20,000 nucleotides of DNA from Psammoneis japonica. Its lineage: Eukaryota. This document shows positions 10,120 to 19,777 of the stretch, piece after piece (the stretch's first letter is position 1; each line of letters opens with the position of its first letter). The notes below the pieces were generated by a model. That model was given only the letters and a program-made list of their open reading frames with translations. It was not told the DNA's origin and made no database searches. The stretch covers positions 298,929-318,928 of the forward strand of contig QPGO01000107.1 in assembly GCA_008632985.1 (NCBI GenBank), given 5' to 3'. The position numbers were made by a program, and so were the translations under genes.

Positions 10120-11107
10120 GTTTCTGAGCCAGTGCTGAAGTGCAAGAGAATCAAAAATGTCTTTGAGCTTGACCCTTGGATCAACCCTGATGCAGGCAAG
10201 AGTGTCTTCACTGACAATGAGTTGGACAGTGCACTCTCCAAAATTGCACACAATGAGTGGTGTGGTGCATTCCTGCACAAGGAGACAAACTGTTTTGGAG
10301 ATTCAAGAGGTGGGTGCCAAGGAAACTGAAGATTGGACAACAACAAGTGGCACGTTGTCCATTTCAATGTCAAAGCAAGTGCAACTGCCATGTGGAGATT
10401 GTTCAAAACCATCCAAACAACAACCAAATTTCCAAAGGATTGGTGCCTCATGCTGACTGCAATGTGTCTTTCTACAAGAGCCAACTGGCAAAACAAGTCT
10501 TGCAAGTCTTTGGCTTGCCATGGCATGCTGAGTTGCATCTGAGTCAATTGCTTCAAAAGGGCCTTGGACAGAATTTGAATCTTGACAAGGGTGCACAGAG
10601 GAAAGCCCAGAGGATGCTTTCAAAACAAGCCAAGCAAGTGTTGAGGTTGTGCCCCACCAATGGAGAGAGTGGAGTGGGGTGGGGATGCATTGTGGATGCC
10701 CTTGAGAGATGCAAGCATGACTCCATGAGTCCTGACGCATTCAACAAGCACACAACATGGGTGCTTTTGTGGTGACAAGCATTTTTGTGACAGCAACGCA
10801 GAGCAACTGTGTTGTGCTTTTTCTGCAGAGAATCTGCTGCTGAAAAGATGTTGTCAACTTGCGCCAGGGCAGAATTTCTTTGCTGTCAACACATTGCACC
10901 CACAAAAAGGCTGGTTTAATGCCAATCAAGGTTGTCAGTTTTAAACGAGATGGCCACATTGTTGCATGTGGTGTTGCATCAAATGAAGATGAGGAAACAT
11001 GCAAAATCATCTTTCAGAGCATCAAGAAGGCTGTGAAAGATGTTGTTGGTAGATGTGTTGCTTGTGGGGATCAGCATGCTTGGGATGCAGTGGAGAGAGC
11101 AAAGTGA
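10120..11107 (+). pseudogene. Mutator/MULE-like transposase N-terminal relic
   Basis: RCPFQCQSKCNCHVEI..PHAD (WRKY-like zinc finger); CFSAENLLL; GLMPIKVVSFKRDGHIVACGVASNEDEETCKIIFQSIKKAV resembles the MULE domain segment after the first catalytic Asp (VAYxxxSxExxExY). Confidence 0.6.
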
Positions 11108-11130
11108 CAGTGGAATTTAAATGCTTGTCA

Positions 11131-11311
11131 ACACAATGCAACACAGTGCAATGCAGTGAAATGTGGTGCAACATGCTCTGGCCACCACCAGCTGGTTTAC
11201 ACTCAATTTTGCAATGAAATCATGAGTTGATCATTTGATCTTGGAAATTGATTGTAAAGAAAATGTTGTGCAATGCCATGCAATGCAGCACAACACATGC
11301 AATGCAACACA
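11131..11311. repeat. Degenerate pentamer microsatellites (11131-11175 and 11268-11311)
   Basis: Units acaca atgca acaca gtgca atgca gtgaa atgtg gtgca acatg, and gtgca atgcc atgca atgca gcaca ... Confidence 0.7.
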
Positions 11312-11364
11312 GAAACAGCTCATTGACTTGCATTCAATTTTGCACTCCAATCACAAATCTTTCA

Positions 11365-11868
11365 TTTGGGCTTCATGAGTCAATCATCAGGGCTCCTCCA
11401 TGCTTTGCAGTCTTGGGACAACTGAAAAACTCAATGTCATTTCTCAGTGCTTTGCCATGGCACATGAATGGCAGTGCTGTGCATGATGCTGGCAATCTTG
11501 CATGTGCCAGACATGAACCTGTGTTGATGCCTCATTCCAAAAGCTCTTTTGTTGGCATTGCTTGCAGCCCTTTGTGTGTGAGCATTGTGTGAAGCTCTTT
11601 TGTTGTGACTCAAGTCATGTCATCTGATGGTTGGATCAACCTCACAATGTGGAATGTCTTGATTCAATCCACAGCCATTTCACAACTCATGTCACACTCA
11701 GTGATGGCTTTTTCAGGGTTCAGGAGCAGCGTCTTTGTCTTGTGTTGATGCAGCCATCAATTTGTTGCAAGGCCTTTTTTGCATGCATCAATGTCATCTG
11801 CATTGATGCCAAGGGCAACAAGGTCATTCTCATGAAATGCTGCCCCCAACAATGTGTGGCCCTTGCAG
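11365..11868 (-). pseudogene. Possible SWIM zinc-finger (MULE C-terminal) relic; second copy at 12497-12948
   Basis: IKTFHIVRLI followed by SCLAHAR..MHSTAIH, resembling a decayed CxC-xn-CxH SWIM motif, ending KHGGALMIDS*. Confidence 0.4.
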
Positions 11869-11870
11869 CA

Positions 11871-12986
11871 GCAGCCATTCCAAGATGCCCACGGCCCTGT
11901 GGATTTGCTTCAAGGGTCACACATTGTTGGGGGCAGCACTGCATGAATGATCTTGTTGTTGACCTTGGCGTTGATGCAGACCAACCCCAATGCAGGCAAG
12001 AGTGTCTTCACTGACAATGAGTTGGGCAATGCACTCTCCAAAATTGCACACAATGAGTGGTGGTGTGTTCCTGCACAAGGAAACAAAGTGTTTTGGAAGT
12101 TCAAGAGGGGTGGGATCCAAGGAAGCTGAAGGGTGGACAACAACAAGTGGCGTGTTGTCCATTTCAGTGTCAAAGCAAGAGCAACTGCCACATGGAGATT
12201 GTTCAAAACCATCCAAACAAGAATCAAATTTTCAAAGGATTGATGCCTCATGCTGACCACAATGTGTCTTCTTTCTACAATGGCCAACTGGCAAAACAAG
12301 TCTTGCAAGTCTTTGGCTTGCCATGGCATGCTCAGTTGCATCTGAGTCAATTGTTTCAGAAGGGCCTTGGACAGAATCTGAATCTTGACAAAGGTGCACA
12401 GAGAAAAGCCCAGAGGATGCTTTCAAAACAAGCCAAGCAAGTGTTGAGGTTGCACCTCACCAACAGAGAGAGTGGAGTGGGGTGGGGATGCATTGTGGAC
12501 AACAGGAAAACTCAATGTCATTTCTCAGTGCTTTGCCATGTGGCACATGAATGGCAGTGCCGTGCATGATGCTGGCAATCTTGCATGTGCAAGACAAGAG
12601 ACCTGTGTTGATGCCTCATTTTCCAACAGCTCTTCTGTTGGCATTGCTTGCAGCCCATTGTGTGCAAGCATTGTGTGAAGCTCTTTTGTTGTGACTCAAG
12701 TCATGTCATCTGATGAAGGGATCAGCCTCACAATGTGGAATGTTTTGATCAAATCCACAGCCATTTCACAACTCATGTTGAACCCAGTGATGGCATTTTT
12801 AGGGTTCTGGAGCAGTGTCTTGTGTTGGTGCAGCCGTCAATTTGTTGCAAGACATTTTTTGCACACATCAAGAATGTCACCTGCATCAATGCCAAGGTCA
12901 ACAAGATCATTCATGCAGTGCCACCCCCAACAATGTGCGACCCTTGCAGTGCATCCACAGGGCCACGGGCATCTTGGAATGGCTGC
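11871..12986. repeat. Local segmental duplications: 11982-12499 matches 10182-10696; 12497-12948 matches 11416-11868; 11871-11979 is an inverted copy of 12881-12986
   Basis: Alignment by eye, e.g. ATGCAGGCAAGAGTGTCTTCACTGACAATGAGTTGG and AAAACTCAATGTCATTTCTCAGTGCTTTGCCATG each occur twice. Confidence 0.92.
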
Positions 12987-13109
12987 TGAAAAGAAAAAAG
13001 CGGCCCTCTTGTCAAATTGATGTGGAGTGAAATTTCATTGGTGGTTTTGCCAGCTGAAGCAGTTGAAAAAAATCCCAGAAAACAGAGTCCTAAAATGAGG
13101 AGTTGGTGC

Positions 13110-13560
13110 CTGTTGAGGAGGGGCACACCCGAGCACTTGTTCTGGATGGTGGTCTCTGCCTTGGCCTGTTCTTTTGCCAATGGGGCATCAGCACCCACAT
13201 CTGACTCTTGCAGAAAGGCACTGACCTGCTTGGGGTGCATGCCAATCTGGCCTGTCATGCACTCCATGATGCCCATGAGTTCTCTTGCATTGTCACAGCA
13301 ATCTGCACTGGACATGTGGAGGGTTTGATGGAAGGTGAGTGGTGCATGTTCAGTGTCAATGATCATGTGCATGGGGGGAGGGACTTCTCCTGGTCTGCTT
13401 CTGCATCATGCAGTTTTGGATCAGCTCAAGTCAGCCAATGATGCTGGCATTGCCGTTGACATCTCTCCAGTCGCTCCTTGTGTGCTTCCATCCAGTTTCT
13501 GAGAGGTCAGGTGCTGGACAAGTGTTGGGGTGAAGACTCCACCCAAAACTTGTGATGTGA
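13110..13560 (-). pseudogene. Copia gag N-terminal/middle relic
   Basis: LRNWMEAHK..WRDVNGNASIIG*LELIQNCMMQKQTRR; EHAPLTFHQTLHMSSADCCDNARELMGIMECMTGQIGMHPKQV..AKAETTIQNKCSGVPLLN. Resembles diatom Copia gag with Tyr replaced by His/Cys. Confidence 0.75.
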
Positions 13561-14006
13561 TTGGCCTTGCTGGACGTAGGAACTAGTGCTGTTGATCTCC
13601 AAGAGCATTGAAAAATGACCCTCTTTGGATGGTTTAGCTGCTAAATATTTGCTCATTCATGACAAAGATGCAATTTGTGTTCAACGATGTGTCTTGTAGA
13701 CATTATTTTGAAACGAAGCATTGCTATCAAAACTACGAAGAGCCGTCTGTCTAGAGCACGGAAGAGCTCGTTGGTTTGAGCCGACAGATTCTTTGCTTCC
13801 CTCGTCCCCTGAAACGCACTGCAATGAATTCTCCGAGACACCCAGTATCGCATGAAAGAGACTAGAGGGTTCCTTTCCATCGTGGTTCTCGTGCGAGCGC
13901 CAAGACGATTGATCGTTCACAGTTCACACAAGACGTTGCAGGTGTCATGATTATCAGTGTGCATGAATGGACGAATATGGTGTTCATCACGATGAAAACA
14001 TCTGAA

Positions 14007-15322
14007 TCACTCCAGTTCAGGGATGTCCAAATCAATGCTTCCTTCTCGCATGTCGGCGTTGAGGTACATGACAGCCTCGGAAACCGCAGATCGGCCATGA
14101 ATCATTTGTTCGCACTTGGCCATGGCCAAAATATCAATCAATACTTCCTTGTTGGTTCTATGGTGTGATGCTAAATCGAAGGTTGGAGTCTCGTCCTTGG
14201 ATCGAAGGGCAGTCCCCTGCGTTCTACTTGCTTCATGACTTCCTCCGGCCACTTCTTCTTCATTGTCTTTAGGGTGGATTCGGAGTCCGTTGCGAGATAA
14301 ATAATGTTACCATTGGAGGCAGTGTAGACACCCTTTCTTCGTCTAATGCCAAGATACTTTAACGCATAAGGCAGGTAGTCACGCAGTTCGATCTCAGACC
14401 TCCCGCCGCTGAGCTCCTTGTCCGTTGTTCTGACATGCATTGCAAGGCATTGCTGTCCATCGCGCAATGGGTTGGCTTGTTCAACAGCCTCTAAAACCCA
14501 AGGTTTGGGATGAAAGTATCGTCGAACAACGGTGGCAGCACGCCGTCTCATGGGTCGATACCACTGTTCGAGTGACATGGAATTCCGCTCCTCTTCTGAA
14601 ATTTCTTTGTAGGGCCATGCCATGACACCCCAATCAATCTGAGAGTGCAAACCTGTAGCAACCTGCTCGATATCAAGCTCATAAAGAGGCTTGCTCTTGT
14701 CTTTACAAATCATGTTTCGTGCCGGTGAAAAGGCCGACACTGGTTCAAAGTAGGATTCCCATACCCCGTTCCCCTCCACAACCTCCTCCTCTAGCATTGC
14801 TCTCCGGACTTGTCTGCTTTTAAACAAGGGCGCAGGTTCGGGATCAAGCGGTACATAATCTTCTCCACTTGGAATTTCTCCCTTTAACGTTTCAAAGGTA
14901 CGTGTCGGTCCAGTGCCATGAACGTCAGGGTCGTAGATGCGATGAGACGTGTCATCCAAGTGTATCCACGGCAGGAGGTTGTGTTTTTCTGCATAAAGCA
15001 AATGGTTGACCATGTAGATGAAAAAGACTGTACCAAATGCAGCTCCCTCATCTCCCGATCGAATACGAAGGACTCCATCGTATCCACGGCAAATATCATC
15101 CTCTTTGTTGTCGTACGGCTGCGATGTTGATTTGTTCTGCGTTCGTCGTGAATTAACGGTAGTGTCAACAACAAACGTGTCTTGTCGTTGTTGTACGGAA
15201 CGAATGGAGCGCTCCGCCTCCAATAAAAGTAAACAAGCAATGAGTAGAATCGCTGCAAAGGTCAATTGAAGACGTCTCGAGTGCTGACGTTTCATGTTAG
15301 ACGGATCGTTGTGGGCGGTCAT
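14007..15322 (-). CDS. Fucosyltransferase-like glycosyltransferase (GT23/NodZ/FUT8-type motifs), type II membrane; one apparent 1-nt deletion near 14225
   Basis: Signal anchor LQLTFAAILLIACLLLL; motif I AMHVRTTDK; motif II IYLATDS; motif III LIDILAMAKCEQMIHGRSAVS lies in the shifted frame (ORF 14007-14252). First ATG at 15322. Confidence 0.8.
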
Positions 15323-15557
15323 CGCGACGAGCAAACCGAAGGGAGGGCACTGAATGAATTTGGTGCTTGACGCAATTTTTGGAATTTCATGATATCTTCA
15401 TTCGTATATACCTCATATTTGTATGTATTGTTCAAGCATGGATGTTAATTATTTTTATACTGTCTTCTTTTTCTCGCGTCGTACGTACGTCGTGCAACGT
15501 GCAAAAAAAAAAAACCTTCGATGCACATAGCATTGCGCAGAGCACGACACCATCACC
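15323..15557. promoter_or_regulatory. Short divergent intergenic region (probable bidirectional promoter)
   Basis: 235 bp, AT-richer, between head-to-head starts at 15322 (-) and 15558 (+). Confidence 0.5.
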
Positions 15558-16217
15558 ATGAGCTTATCGTTTGTTTCATCGGCAGTACTGTCGTCTTCGG
15601 ACGGCATTTCGCACAATGAGGAACGTCAAATTGAAAGCAAAGAAGTCCAGGCGCTCCGGGGAAAGCAGACAGCCGCGAAGCCTCTCTTTGATCAATTGCG
15701 CAAAAACCAAGAGGAAGAAGAAGCAGAGCGTGAAGAATTTCAGCGCAGCATTATGCGAGGGACCTTGGCGCTGGACGAGGAAGACTGTGCTCATTTAGAT
15801 AGCTTGCAAAAACAACGTCAAGAACGAGAAGCCATGGTCAAGGCTGACACAGAACAGGAACTCGCATTATTTCGTGCGGCACGAGCAGATCGAATGGAAA
15901 GTCAAGTGGTGCTGCTGTCACAGCAAGACGAAGAAACAAAGGAGCCTGCCGTTCCCGATAAAAGCCAGCAAGTCAAATCGAAACCAAAGACAATAGCTCC
16001 CGTGATTAAAGTCAAGAGACGACTACGTCCGCCGTCAGACAAGGATGCGGATGAGAGTAAAGTAGAAAGCAAGACAAAAAAGCAAAAACAGGAAACCAAG
16101 GAGACAAGCAATACAACCGGCACTAGTAAAAGCGACAACGCCGATGAAACAAAGGAGGAAAACGGCCTAGGAGGCTTGTTGGGTGGCTATGGATCCTCAG
16201 ATGACGAAAGTGATTGA
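15558..16217 (+). CDS. PSME3IP1: FAM192A/PSME3-interacting protein (NIP30/Fyv6 family)
   Basis: N-terminal FVSS, LFDQLRKNQEEEEAEREEF..LALDEEDCAHLDSL..ELALFR, a Lys-rich region and the C-terminal GGLLGGYGSSDDESD. Intact 219 aa. Confidence 0.85.
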   Translation: MSLSFVSSAVLSSSDGISHNEERQIESKEVQALRGKQTAAKPLFDQLRKNQEEEEAEREEFQRSIMRGTLALDEEDCAHLDSLQKQRQEREAMVKADTEQELALFRAARADRMESQVVLLSQQDEETKEPAVPDKSQQVKSKPKTIAPVIKVKRRLRPPSDKDADESKVESKTKKQKQETKETSNTTGTSKSDNADETKEENGLGGLLGGYGSSDDESD

Positions 16218-16867
16218 GAAGATGCTTTAGCAGAGCGCATCCAAGCGTTGATGCTCCCATACGAACATCACATCGCTGACGGGATATCAAGTACGATAGT
16301 CGTTCTAGAACCCTTCACGTAATCTTGAATCGCACTATTTTGATCTGATGTTGTCTTCCATAGCTACAGCTTCAACTCGTGGCGAGATTGATTGTCAATG
16401 GTTTTCGCACATCGCTTCTTCATTGCTTTAGATGCGAGCTAGCAATTCGTTTCTTCTAAACCCCTTTGCTTTTCCTTACATACTGTGGTGGCGGTGCTCG
16501 ATTTAACCTTGATGTTCGAGAAGGAGCGAGCAGGATTTCGATTGGATAGCCCTAGCTAGAGTGAGTGAATGATCCTCCCTATCTATTACTAATAACTGTA
16601 CTATTATGCGTGTCAAACTTTCCGAGCTCGCTGTGCAGGAACAAGATTCCAGAACCCGGAAAAACTGCCTGCGCCGGGTTGGTCGTACGAATGACCAACT
16701 AACTCGAGAAGTGAAGTTTCAAGTTGATGTGCACTTCACTTTGGTTGAATGACATCAGTGTTGATCAGCGTTGAACGTTCGCACAAAAAATCTTCAACCA
16801 AATCCCTCACAAAGATACAACAAAACGACTCTGAAGTTTTCCTACCGAAAACTACATCTTCACCACC

Positions 16868-18555
16868 ATGAGCACCGAAGAAGAAACGAACCAAACCCCC
16901 GAAGAAGTCGCTGAAGCGAAGGAGAAGGATCTTCAGGCCAAGATGAAGCTCGTCGAAGATGCCATCACGTCGCTTTGCAAAGAAGACTCTGAATTTGCGG
17001 ATCTTCGAGAAATTGGCGCTGCCCTCAACGCAGGAGACTCTCTCCAAATCAAAAGCTTGGCCGGTGGCCTCACCAACTACAGCTACAAGGTCTCTCTCGC
17101 ATCTGGAAAGAAAGATCTTTTTTCCAAGATTTGTAAGTTGGATCTTTCGGTGTCCTTGTTGCAAAAGGTCTCGCCATTGCTGGAACAATCGAATTGCTCT
17201 CGAATCATAAAAAGGGTTCTTATTGTCGTTTGTGAGTGCGTACAGTGTATGTAGTATTCACTTTTTCTCATGACACTTTTATTGCGTGGCTGTACAGGCT
17301 TTGAGTATGCACTTTGGAACCCCGATCGAAGCGTCAAGTACGATCTCAGTCGCGTCGAAAACGAGTTCCAGATGATGAAGGACGTCTCAAGCTTTGAACC
17401 TTCTCCAGTTGTAGCTCCTTATCATTGCGTCGACGTCACGGATGACGATGGTAACAAGATGAAGCTTCTTGTTTCTGGCTTGGGCGACATGCGACGAACA
17501 GATTGTGAATCAGTTTATTGACGGCGAAGTGGACCCTCGCATCATGAAGAGGCTTGCAACCGTCTTGGGTACCATCACTGCAAAGACAGACCACGACAAG
17601 AGCTTCAATGAGGATTGTCGTCCGTGCTTTCAAAGCTTGCTCCCGGCAATGCCCATGGTCGTGGAGACCTACTTGGCGGAGCCTCCGACGGACAAATTCC
17701 GTGAGATGTGCCATGAACTCGGTTTGGACCACTTCAAGTTAGTGATGGAAAACTTTGAAAAGAATTATCTGACGCAAGACGTTCTGTGCCACGGCGATCC
17801 GAATGTCTTTAACATCCTTGTGGAACCGAAACCTAGCATTCAGTCTCTTGAACAGTTTGGCCCGGACGGCGACATGGTGCTCTGCGATTGGGAAATGGCC
17901 TTTGTTGGACCTCGTGGAAAGGACGCTGGTTGGTTCCAGGGATTTCCCTTGGCGGCGATCTTTGCTCATGCCGCTCACGGACGTCGAGAGGACGTGGCTG
18001 AAAGATCTTTGAGAACTTGGAGATTTTTTGGGAAGAGTATGAAAAGACCTTGAGAGAGAACGGAAAAGACGACGAATTTGTCCAACAGACATACGTTGGA
18101 CCATTGGTTGGATTGGATGGATCTTGGCGGCCTACAGTCTGATGGGCTTTCACATGAATTACCTGCCGGTTGACGATATTCCAGAAGAAGACAAAGCCAA
18201 GGTGCTGGCCTCGATCGGATACACCGGATACAAACTCTTGGATCTCGTATTCTCGGAAGGCTGCCCGGCTGAAAAGATGTCCCTTGCCGAGCTCAAAAAG
18301 CTGTACAAGGACCTTGTCATGAGTGAAGTTAAGGAGTTGTCCATGGTTGGAGCGAAGCGTCGGGCACGTCCTCGTCGGGCTTCTGTTTTGCGTACCTCGG
18401 GACGTCGTGTCTCGGATGCCGGAGTCTACGAAACTGTCGCTCGACGTGTGTCTCAGGCAATCGTTGCGGGAAGCTTTACTGGAATTGACCAGTTTATGGA
18501 TGATGAATTGCATGGTCTTGGAATAGCCTTGACTGAGGAAGTAGAAGAGGAGTAG
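16868..18555 (+). CDS. APH/choline-kinase-fold phosphotransferase, methylthioribose-kinase-like; intron 17133-17297; three apparent 1-nt indels (~17472, ~18003, ~18100)
   Basis: GGLTNYSYKV, LFSKI|CFEYALWN across a GTAAGT...TACAG intron, Brenner-like CHGDPNVFNILV, and LCDWEMAFVGPRGKDAG. Confidence 0.8.
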
Positions 18556-18745
18556 AAGCTTCCATCCGACAGTGTCCGTGAGAACAATGCATATTGCTAT
18601 TATACGAAAATTCCATCTCGGTGTCGTCTTGCCACTTCCAATCTAAGCTTTCGCCCAGCAGCGTCTATAAGAACATACATGTTAGTATTATACCTTTGCA
18701 GTAATAAGTTGGTCGTTCATGTCTTCAAACCATAGCTACAGTATT

Positions 18746-19777
18746 TCACTTTATCAAGCTGACAGTTTTCCCATCCAGCTTGATCTTGTCGGTTCCAATC
18801 TGTTGCTTCAGTAGCTTCTTCAACAGCTTCAAACTTTCATTTCCTGTTACACCCAACTTGTCACCCACCTCTCGTCGCAACGACTTTACTTTCATGGAGC
18901 GACTCGGAGCCTTCTTTAGAACTTTTTTCATGGCTTTCTTTACAACCTTGGGATTCAAGTCGGATGCATTCATTGTTTCCGTCGATTCCTCGTTCTTTGC
19001 CGCATTCATGATTGTTTGTTCCTCCGATTTGTTTTCTGACTGTTCCCTCTGTCTTTTCTAAAGTTTGCATTTGCTCTTGTTGCTGTTGTTCCTTCTGTTG
19101 TTGTTCTTGTTGTTGTTGTTGTTGTTGTTGTTGCTGTCGCTGTTGCGACAAGTAGTTCCAAATGTCATCCACGATTGCATTACCCGAATTTCCTCGTAAC
19201 TTTAACGAGTTGACGGCAAAGTTTCGAAACTGTTTCTCTTTTCGAGGACAATTCTCGAGGGATGCAAGCTGTTGCATGTAGTGTCGGATATTGGTGGGTG
19301 CGTCGTTGGCTGTCGACTGAATCAAATCCATCCATGCTTCTTGTGGGTTCTTCTTTTTCGAATTTTTTTTTGCCCTTGTACATTGTCTTTTCGTAGCGTT
19401 CCGCCTCGGATATACAGGATGTGTGACTTCGAAAGTCGTCTTACGAAATAAATAGAAAAGCGATAGACAAAAAATTAGATGTTTCCAATCTCATTCAGTC
19501 TAGACAAAGACATTACTGTAACATTTCAAGCCATCAGAGTTTAATTAAAACATTTTTTGCACTTCCATATGGCATTCATTGCCAATCAAGGCATACAAAA
19601 GAAAATAATCATGTGACGTGCTAAAAAAGAGGTTTCATTATTCCCCGTACCTCCGTAAAACGAAACGGAACAGTCGATGCAACTGACAGAATGACAACGT
19701 CGACAACGTTGAGCGTGCAAGTTGACTTTGCTTTTCTTTAACATTTCGCCACAGCCATCACACGAAAACACCACCAT
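18746..19777 (-). CDS. LYAR: Cell growth-regulating nucleolar protein LYAR; intron 19650-19440; two apparent homopolymer indels (~19365, ~19056)
   Basis: MVVFSCDGCGEMLKKSKVNLHAQRC..VSCIDCSVSFYG|DDFRSHTSCISEAERYEK (C2HC fingers), NPQEAWMD, NCPRKEKQFRNF..NSLKL, and a Lys-rich C-terminus. Confidence 0.92.
19072..19146 (-). repeat. (CAA/CAG)n polyglutamine tract within LYAR
   Basis: Encodes QQRQQQQQQQQQQEQQQKEQQQQEQ. Confidence 0.9.

Larger units (their letters stand above)
6650..13560 (-). mobile_element. Degenerate Ty1/copia LTR retrotransposon (diatom CoDi-like), with nested insertions and internal deletions; LTRs not recognisable
   Basis: Minus-strand order is gag (13560-13110, resuming 9890-9479), integrase (9460-8910), linker, RT (8090-6650). 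Integrase before RT is the Copia order. Confidence 0.9.

Noticed and set aside
11131..11311. CRISPR-like or telomeric array
   Set aside because: No repeat-spacer structure or constant unit; it is a decayed pentamer microsatellite.
5340..13570. Classical fungal RIP
   Set aside because: RIP depletes CpA/TpG and enriches TpA; the opposite is seen here.
13653..13950. Short ORFs downstream of the fucosyltransferase
   Set aside because: No recognisable motif or splice support; probably UTR or intergenic.
17833..18513. 226-aa minus-strand ORF
   Set aside because: Antisense shadow of the kinase gene.
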